Shown: one piece after another, positions 57,584-64,000 of the stretch | Layout: each line of letters starts with the position of its first letter | Position numbering within the stretch: the first letter of the stretch is position 1 | NCBI GenBank assembly: GCA_947626995.1 | Contig: CANQUI010000004.1 | Location: 11,586-75,585 of the forward strand | Direction of reading: 5' to 3' | Length of the DNA: 64,000 nucleotides | Origin: an uncultured Eisenbergiella sp. | GTDB taxonomy: Bacteria; Bacillota; Clostridia; Lachnospirales; Lachnospiraceae | Notes under the pieces: generated by a model | What the model was told of the DNA's origin: nothing | The model's database searches: none | What the model saw: only the letters and a program-made list of their open reading frames with translations | Translations under genes and position numbers: made by a program

Positions 57584-57852
57584 GATCGTAACAAATTATG
57601 TGCAATGATTGTCATATGTAAGAACCGTATCCGCAATGTTTTTATCATTTCACGTATGCAAAAGCGTTCCCGCGTCATCTGTGGCGGTCATAATCTCTGT
57701 TTCAGCCCGGATAATATGAAACAAAACGGGGAATCGGTTTCCCTGATCGGTGCAGGTTGCTGCGTTTGGTGAAATGGGTTTTGCGAATAGTTGATGAATC
57801 CATTAGAGCAGATGTCTCTCTTCTGCTCTCCTTCCGGCAAAAAATCCTGCCG

Positions 57853-58299
57853 TTACAGTTCTTCCGAATCCAGCAGGATCGTAAAGGGGCCGTCGTTTAC
57901 CAAAGAAACCTTCATATCTGCGCCAAAGATTCCGGTTTTTACCACCGGGATCTCCTTTTTGCACAGGGCAATCACAGATTCATACAGCGCGTTGGCATGG
58001 GCCGGCGCGCCCGCCTTGATAAAGGACGGCCGGTTCCCTTTTTTGCAGTCCGCGTACAGGGTGAACTGGGAAATCAGCAGAACCTGTCCGTTCACATCCC
58101 GCAGCGACAGATTGGTCTTGCCCTCTAAATCCTCAAAAATCCGCAGGCCGATCATCTTTCGGACCATTTTTTGCGCGGTCTGCTCCGTATCCGAGTCCGA
58201 AATCCCCACAAGCACAAGAAATCCTTTTTCAATCCGGGAAAATTCGTTCCCGTCGATGGTTACGTCAGCCCGGCTGACTCGCTGAATGACAAATTTCAT
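57853..58299 (-). CDS. dtd: D-aminoacyl-tRNA deacylase
   Basis: [37 protein letters not shown]. Confidence 0.96.
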   Translation of the reverse strand: MKFVIQRVSRADVTIDGNEFSRIEKGFLVLVGISDSDTEQTAQKMVRKMIGLRIFEDLEGKTNLSLRDVNGQVLLISQFTLYADCKKGNRPSFIKAGAPAHANALYESVIALCKKEIPVVKTGIFGADMKVSLVNDGPFTILLDSEEL

Positions 58300-58301
58300 G
58301 T

Positions 58302-59717
58302 TTATGGCTTCTCCTCTTTGGACGTTTTATCGTCTGCTTCTTTTGTCGGCAAACTGCCGGATCCTGAGGGGAATTCTTCCCTGCGGGGAGCCAGCGCCTG
58401 ACGGATCTTCTCCCGCCAGTACGCCGTCTTCTTCCCGTTTCTTCCCGGTTGTTTGAAATCCAAATTGATAAAATCCCCGGTTTTTTGATCCACTTCCTTT
58501 AACTGCAAATAGGTTTCGGTATCCGTGGGCATCCCTTTGCGGCTCAGATTGCGGTTGACCCTGCGTTTGCCCAGCGTATAAATGACCGCAAACGTAGGTA
58601 CGCCAAGCAGCATCCCCCAGACGCCGAAAAATCCGCTGAAAACGGTAATGGAGAAAATGACCCAAAATCCGGACAGCCCGGTGGTATTGCCCAAAATCTT
58701 CGGCCCCAGCACATTGCCGTCAAACTGCTGTAAAATGAAGATAAAAATGATAAAATACAGACTCTGCACGGGATTGACCACCAGGATCAACAGCGCGCAG
58801 GGAACCGCGCCGATAAAGGGCCCGAAAAAGGGAATGATATTCGTGATGCCGACGATTACGCTTAACAGGACGGGATACGGCATCCCCATCAGAGATACCA
58901 CCACAAAGCAGATCACGCCGATAATGGCGGAATCCAGAAGCTTGCCGATGATAAAACCACCGAAGGTCGCGTCAATGAGTCTGGCATTTTCTACCAGGCG
59001 GTTGGCCTGCCGGGTATCAAAAAGCGCGTAGGTAGCTTTTTTGGCCTGACTGAGAAACCGCTCCTTGTTGCCCAGCAGATAGATGGAAATGATCAGCCCG
59101 ATGATCAGATCCCAAAGCGACCGGGCAATGGCGATCATACTGTTGGAGACGCTGCGCAGCAGCGTATTCATCTGCGGAAGAAGCGTGCCGTTGAGCCATT
59201 GGTTTAACTCCAGCGAATACGTCTGGAACAGGCCCACCACCGTTTTTTCAATCTCCGGATAGCTGGCCAGAATCCAGTTTAACCATGTGCTGAAATTGCG
59301 GATATAGGTAGGGAACTGCCTCGCGATATTCCGGATGCTGACGGCGAGCTGCGGGATGATAAACTGAAAGAAACCGTAGATCAGCAGCAAAACAAAGCTC
59401 AGCGTCAGCAGGATCGAGATCCCCCGGCAATATTTTTTCAGGGTCTTTTCCCTGCCCTTTAGCCCGTCAAATCTGTCTGTCAGCCAGTCCTTACAAGGAT
59501 ATAACAGACGAAGTTCGATAAAACGAAGAATCGGCCACATAAGATAGGCCAGAACCAGACCGTCGATGATGGGCATGGCGATATCCAGGATACGCACCAG
59601 GTTCCGGAACAGCGATTTGCTGTGAAAGATCAGATAATAAAAACTGATCCCGCCGATGATGACCAGCAGCGCCGTTATGCCCCAATACAGATATTTTTTG
59701 TCCCAACGGAATTTCAT
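58302..59717 (-). CDS. AI-2E family transporter
   Basis: [45 protein letters not shown]; start placed at MKFRWDKK. Confidence 0.9.
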   Translation of the reverse strand: MKFRWDKKYLYWGITALLVIIGGISFYYLIFHSKSLFRNLVRILDIAMPIIDGLVLAYLMWPILRFIELRLLYPCKDWLTDRFDGLKGREKTLKKYCRGISILLTLSFVLLLIYGFFQFIIPQLAVSIRNIARQFPTYIRNFSTWLNWILASYPEIEKTVVGLFQTYSLELNQWLNGTLLPQMNTLLRSVSNSMIAIARSLWDLIIGLIISIYLLGNKERFLSQAKKATYALFDTRQANRLVENARLIDATFGGFIIGKLLDSAIIGVICFVVVSLMGMPYPVLLSVIVGITNIIPFFGPFIGAVPCALLILVVNPVQSLYFIIFIFILQQFDGNVLGPKILGNTTGLSGFWVIFSITVFSGFFGVWGMLLGVPTFAVIYTLGKRRVNRNLSRKGMPTDTETYLQLKEVDQKTGDFINLDFKQPGRNGKKTAYWREKIRQALAPRREEFPSGSGSLPTKEADDKTSKEEKP

Positions 59718-59858
59718 AAAATCCCCTCTCTTTTTTGGTTCTTTTTTTTCGCATTTCAATTATAACACGTCCTGACAAAAACAAAGATATTTTTGATGAA
59801 AAAAGCGAAAAAAAATAGTATACTTGTTTCTAGGAAAGGATGAAACAGGTGGCATCTC

Positions 59859-60587
59859 ATGCGGCTGCAGCGAGTGTTAAGTCTTGTCCGGCGCGCGCTG
59901 GACGATTATCGGATGATTCAGGACGGGGACCGGATCGCCGTCGGGCTTTCCGGCGGAAAGGATTCCCTGACGCTGCTTTACGCCCTGGAGAAACTGCGCG
60001 CCTTTTATCCGCATCCGTTTTCGCTGTGCGCGATTACGGTGGATCTGGGGTTTGACAATCTTGACCTGCGCGCCGTTAAGACCTTTTGTCAAAAACAAAA
60101 CGTTCCCTATGAGATCGTCTCCACCAGAATTTCCGATATCGTATTTGGCGCAAGGCAGGAAACCAATCCCTGTTCGCTGTGCGCCAAATTGCGAAAGGGT
60201 GCGTTAAACGACAGAGCCCTCTCCTTAGGCTGCAATAAAATCGCCTACGCGCACCACCAGGACGACGCGGTGGAAACGCTGCTCCTCTCCCTGCTGTACG
60301 AAGGGAGATTCCATTCGTTTTTACCGGTAACCAGGCTGGACCGTACGGGTCTGACGGTCATTCGTCCGCTGCTCTATTTAAAGGAGGCGGATGTGATCGG
60401 CTTTTCAAACAAGACAGGGCTTCCGGTGGTCAAAAGCCCCTGTCCCGCCGATGGGCATACCAAAAGAGAATATGTCAAACGGCTTGTGCGTCAGCTCAAT
60501 CGGGAAAATCCCGGCGTGAAGGAACGGTTGTTTACCGCCCTCCGAAACGGATGCTATGACGCCGCCGAAAGGGGGAATTTACAATGA
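59859..60587 (+). CDS. TtcA/TtuA-like tRNA thiolation PP-loop protein
   Basis: VGLSGGKDS, PCSLCAKLRKG, AHHQDD, IRPL, PCPADG. Confidence 0.88.
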   Translation: MRLQRVLSLVRRALDDYRMIQDGDRIAVGLSGGKDSLTLLYALEKLRAFYPHPFSLCAITVDLGFDNLDLRAVKTFCQKQNVPYEIVSTRISDIVFGARQETNPCSLCAKLRKGALNDRALSLGCNKIAYAHHQDDAVETLLLSLLYEGRFHSFLPVTRLDRTGLTVIRPLLYLKEADVIGFSNKTGLPVVKSPCPADGHTKREYVKRLVRQLNRENPGVKERLFTALRNGCYDAAERGNLQ

Positions 60588-61633
60588 ACGGGCAAAATTA
60601 TCATGAGGAAATCAAGAAAAATAATATCCTGCGCCTGCGGGAACTGCTGCAGGAGCTTCCGCCCTTCTGCCAGGATTTCTTTATGGGGATCGAGGATACC
60701 ATGGAATCCAGGACACGGATCGGGTATGCCTATGACCTGCGGATCTTTTTTGAATTTCTGCATCAGGAACGCCCCATCTTCCGGGAAAAACCGATCCGGG
60801 AATTTGTCATCGGGGACCTCAAAAGGCTGGACCGTCAGGACATTCTCCTGTATTCGGAATACCTTTCCCTCTATGAAAAGGACGGCGTGCAGATTACCAA
60901 CGATGAGCGGGGAAAGCGGCGCAAACTGGCTTCTTTGCGCACATTTCTCAATTACTATTATCAGCACGGCGAATTGAATGAAAACGTGGCGACCCGCGTA
61001 CCGCTTCCCAAGCTCCATGAAAAAGAAATCGTCCGCCTGGAGGCGGACGAGGTGGCGGTGCTTTTGGACCAGGTGGAAGCCGGCGCAAAAATGACCAAGA
61101 GCCAGTTAAAATTCCACGAAAAGACCAAAACACGGGATCTGGCGATCCTCTCCCTTTTGCTGGGCACGGGGATCCGCGTTTCCGAATGTGTGGGGCTGGA
61201 TCTTTCGGACGTGGACTTTCAAAACATGGCCGTCAAGGTGCGCCGCAAGGGAGGCTATGAGGACGTGGTCTATTTCGGAGAAGAGGTACAACAGGCGCTG
61301 TCGGCCTATCTGGAACAGCGGTCGCATCTCATCCCCGAATCGGGACACGAAAAGGCCTTTTTCCTTTCCCTGCAAAACCGGCGTATGGCGGTGCGCAGCG
61401 TGGAAAATATGGTCAAAAAATACACCTCTCTTGTTACCACCACCAAAAAGATCACGCCGCATAAGCTCCGCAGCACCTACGGGACAAATCTGTATCAGGA
61501 GACCGGCGACATCTATCTGGTCGCCGACGTCTTGGGCCATAAAGACGTCAATACCACGCGGAAGCATTATGCGGCGATGAAGGATTACAACAAACGAAAA
61601 GCTGCCAAAAGCGTGCGGCTGCGGGAACCGTGA
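60584..61633 (+). CDS. xerC: Xer-type tyrosine recombinase
   Basis: Catalytic residues GIRVSE (R), RRKGG (K), HKLR (HxxR), LGH...KHY (H, Y); ATGA overlap with the ttcA-like gene. Confidence 0.85.
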   Translation: MNGQNYHEEIKKNNILRLRELLQELPPFCQDFFMGIEDTMESRTRIGYAYDLRIFFEFLHQERPIFREKPIREFVIGDLKRLDRQDILLYSEYLSLYEKDGVQITNDERGKRRKLASLRTFLNYYYQHGELNENVATRVPLPKLHEKEIVRLEADEVAVLLDQVEAGAKMTKSQLKFHEKTKTRDLAILSLLLGTGIRVSECVGLDLSDVDFQNMAVKVRRKGGYEDVVYFGEEVQQALSAYLEQRSHLIPESGHEKAFFLSLQNRRMAVRSVENMVKKYTSLVTTTKKITPHKLRSTYGTNLYQETGDIYLVADVLGHKDVNTTRKHYAAMKDYNKRKAAKSVRLREP

Positions 61634-61638
61634 CCCCT

Positions 61639-63963
61639 TTACTCCCGGATTTCGTCTCTGCAAAACCGCAGCGTCACCTTGAACAGATCCCCGTCCAGCA
61701 GAATCTGTAACGATCCGTGCTGCAGCTCGGTGAAGCTTTGCGCAATGGCAAGTCCCAGACCGCTTCCTTCGGTATTGCGGGAGCTGTCTCCTCTCACGAA
61801 GCGCTCCAGCAGTTCTTCCGGTTCCACATCCAGCTCAAACCGCGAAATATTCTTCAGCTCCACCACAGCCTCCGTTTCTTCCTCCCTCAGGCTGATGTAA
61901 ACCCGGGTGCCCGGCAGCGCATATTTGATGATATTGGTGTAAAGATTCTCAAAAATGCGGAACGTGATCTGCGGATCCAGCCGTAAGACCGTCTTTTTTT
62001 CGGGAAGAGAAAACCTGACCGTAAGATCCTCCTGTAAAAACCGGTCCTCCTGTTCCAGATAACACTGTCGCAGCAGATTCCCCATATCCACGTTGTCATA
62101 ATGCAGCGTTACATTTTTGCTGTTCCCCTTGCTCACTTCAAAAAGGCCCTCGATCAGCGCTTTTAACCTGGCGCTTTTGCGATCCAGGATGTCCAGGTAC
62201 TCTTTTCTCTGCTCTGTGGTAAGCTCCGGATTTTTGAGCAGGTCGATGTAGGTGATAATGGCCGTCAACGGCGTCTTTAGGTCATGGGACACATTGGTGA
62301 TCAGCTCCGACTTCATCCTCTGACTTCTGACCTCCCGTTCCAGGGCTTGTTTGAAATCCTTCTGGATCTGCTCCAGCTCCGTTTTATAGCTTTCGAACAT
62401 GCCAAAATCCTCCGAAAGCACCGTGTCAAAATTTCCGCGGGCGATGGCGCCGGTGGCCCTTAAAAGCGCCCGGTACTGTTCCTGCACATTCCGCACATAT
62501 TTTTTCAGCAGAAAATACAGGATCACCAAATAAAAAAACAGCGGGATAATGCCAAACCACCAGAACATACAAAAGAAAGACAACAGGATAAAATGGAAAA
62601 TAATCAGACGCCGGAGCATCCCCTTGGCGTCTTTTCCAATATCAAACGTCATCAGCTTCTGATAAAAGGCACGCACAGCTTCCCTGATCCTGTCCCCGTA
62701 ACGCAAAATCAGGCTGTGTTTTCTCAAATAGGCGCCCGGATGCCGAAGGTTTGGCAAAACGCTTCCCAAAGAGAAAGCCGTAAAAAACAGGCAGAACAAC
62801 ATTCCCGCCAGAAGGAAAAACCGCAGATAGCCCAGATGCAGCGGATCCAGAATGTTCCGGGAAAGGCCCGGGAGCATCCAGCCGTTCTGATAATTGCAGA
62901 TCTGCCGGGTTACGGTATAATCCTGAAAATAAAAAACGAGAGCAAGAAGGAAAAGCGCCTCCGCCGGAAGACGGCACAGAAACATCTCCCCAAAGACATA
63001 GGAATCCTTTTCTACCCGGTTTAAAATCCACACCAGCAATGCGCCAAGCAGGACGCAGAAAACCCAGAATACCTGATAGGTGGCCGCCACCCCGGCTTTC
63101 AAATAGCCGGTAAGCATGGCCTGTTGTTTGTCCAACCGCTCCGCCAGCTTTTCATACTGATCTTTTGTCAGCGCATAGACGATCTGCATATTCTCGGGGC
63201 CATGCGCCGTCAGTTCATAGACGTAGGCTTTGTCCTCGTCGCCGTTGTAAAACGCCACCCTGTGCGTCCGACTGTAATCCGAATCGGATCCGTACGCAAA
63301 CAGGGTCTGCCGGCCCTGCGCTTCTACTTTTTTCAAAAGCTCCTGTGCGTCCACGTCTCCATTCGTACGGACCAGAAAGCCGTCCGTATTTCCGGCGCCG
63401 TCGTAGCAGATCCGGATGGAATAAACATAAGCGGAATCCTGATCGGCCTTCGTTTCGTCCATAAGCAGCGACAAAAGCTCCTCGCGGTCGCTGTTGCCGA
63501 TCACGGTGCCCGTTTTCGTATCCCTGGCGCAGTAATCCATATACTGCGTCAGGCCCTGGGAGCCGGTTCTAAAAACAGAGGACAGAGAGGATTCCTTATA
63601 CTCTTCTACTTCCCGAAGCAGCGTCTTGCTTCCTTCCGTCGCGCCGCCTGATACATCGACATGGACGCAGTCCGAAAGATCCAAACTGTCGGAATCTCCC
63701 AGATAGCGCTCCTTCACATACAGCTGCCCATAGGAAAGCGACTGTTGTTCCGCTTTTTCCCGCAGATATTTATACTGCACATAATTGTCCTCATACAGGG
63801 AACGGAGAAACGCCTCGGAAATCAGCGGATTTTCAAATTCCTGTTTCGCGCTTTTTTGAAAGATCGGAAGAAGAACCAGAAACATCGTCGTGACAACGGC
63901 TGCTGCGGTCAGCGCAATGAGGAAACTTCTGATTTTATTGTTTTTCCATTTTATATCCAACAC
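61639..63963 (-). CDS. Membrane sensor histidine kinase
   Basis: H-box ITNVSHDLKTPLT, N-box FENLYTNIIKY, G-box FVRGDSSRNTEGSGLGLAI; multiple TM helices. Confidence 0.93.
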   Translation of the reverse strand: MLDIKWKNNKIRSFLIALTAAAVVTTMFLVLLPIFQKSAKQEFENPLISEAFLRSLYEDNYVQYKYLREKAEQQSLSYGQLYVKERYLGDSDSLDLSDCVHVDVSGGATEGSKTLLREVEEYKESSLSSVFRTGSQGLTQYMDYCARDTKTGTVIGNSDREELLSLLMDETKADQDSAYVYSIRICYDGAGNTDGFLVRTNGDVDAQELLKKVEAQGRQTLFAYGSDSDYSRTHRVAFYNGDEDKAYVYELTAHGPENMQIVYALTKDQYEKLAERLDKQQAMLTGYLKAGVAATYQVFWVFCVLLGALLVWILNRVEKDSYVFGEMFLCRLPAEALFLLALVFYFQDYTVTRQICNYQNGWMLPGLSRNILDPLHLGYLRFFLLAGMLFCLFFTAFSLGSVLPNLRHPGAYLRKHSLILRYGDRIREAVRAFYQKLMTFDIGKDAKGMLRRLIIFHFILLSFFCMFWWFGIIPLFFYLVILYFLLKKYVRNVQEQYRALLRATGAIARGNFDTVLSEDFGMFESYKTELEQIQKDFKQALEREVRSQRMKSELITNVSHDLKTPLTAIITYIDLLKNPELTTEQRKEYLDILDRKSARLKALIEGLFEVSKGNSKNVTLHYDNVDMGNLLRQCYLEQEDRFLQEDLTVRFSLPEKKTVLRLDPQITFRIFENLYTNIIKYALPGTRVYISLREEETEAVVELKNISRFELDVEPEELLERFVRGDSSRNTEGSGLGLAIAQSFTELQHGSLQILLDGDLFKVTLRFCRDEIRE

Positions 63964-64000
63964 CCCACACCACCTTTAAATATTTTGGATTCTTCGGATC

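Noticed and set aside
57805-57829. AGAGCAGA/TCTGCTCT hairpin after dtd
   Set aside because: No U-tract on either strand; at most a weak terminator or stabiliser.
60584-61633. Tyrosine recombinase as a prophage or ICE integrase
   Set aside because: Housekeeping neighbours, no tRNA target, no att repeats, no cargo genes and no obvious compositional shift.

Overview
This is a largely core-genome segment of a moderately GC-rich Clostridia chromosome. Gene order and protein content suggest Lachnospiraceae, which is an inference. Almost all genes lie on the + strand up to about 57.3 kb, and orientation is mixed after that. Contents in order: branched-chain amino-acid genes (ilvB partial, two tandem ilvN, ilvC, leuCD with a divergent LysR), lgt, a COG3044-type ATPase, a membrane protein-TPR-DUF4037 nucleotidyltransferase operon, NusG-II/Gx transporter-ruvAB, feoAAB, a converging ArsR-HMA-P1B ATPase unit, zapA-U32-ftsW/rodA-PBP, rpmB/asp23/DAK2/recG, a type IIA topoisomerase pair (parE/parC-like), rsmD-coaD, RNA-modification genes, recU, a partial his operon ending in a degenerate HisA-barrel/HisIE fusion, the TIGR03960/TIGR03936/RNase G cluster, dtd, an AI-2E transporter, a ttcA-like gene, a solo Xer-type recombinase and a sensor kinase. 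I saw no rRNA, tRNA, CRISPR array, IS element or prophage. The best signals are non-coding: (i) a dif-like palindrome followed by an orphan structured-RNA candidate at 57.4-57.6 kb, about 3 kb from the Xer gene; (ii) matching LysR site pairs upstream of both ilvN-ilvC and leuCD; (iii) a perfect Firmicute LexA box inside a promoter that sits in the 5' end of the NusG-II gene and faces ruvAB; (iv) tandem NrdR-like boxes upstream of the topoisomerase genes. Among proteins, the TPR plus nucleotidyltransferase pair and the HisA-like pseudoenzyme fusion are the most intriguing. All calls come from manual motif reading; no database searches were run.
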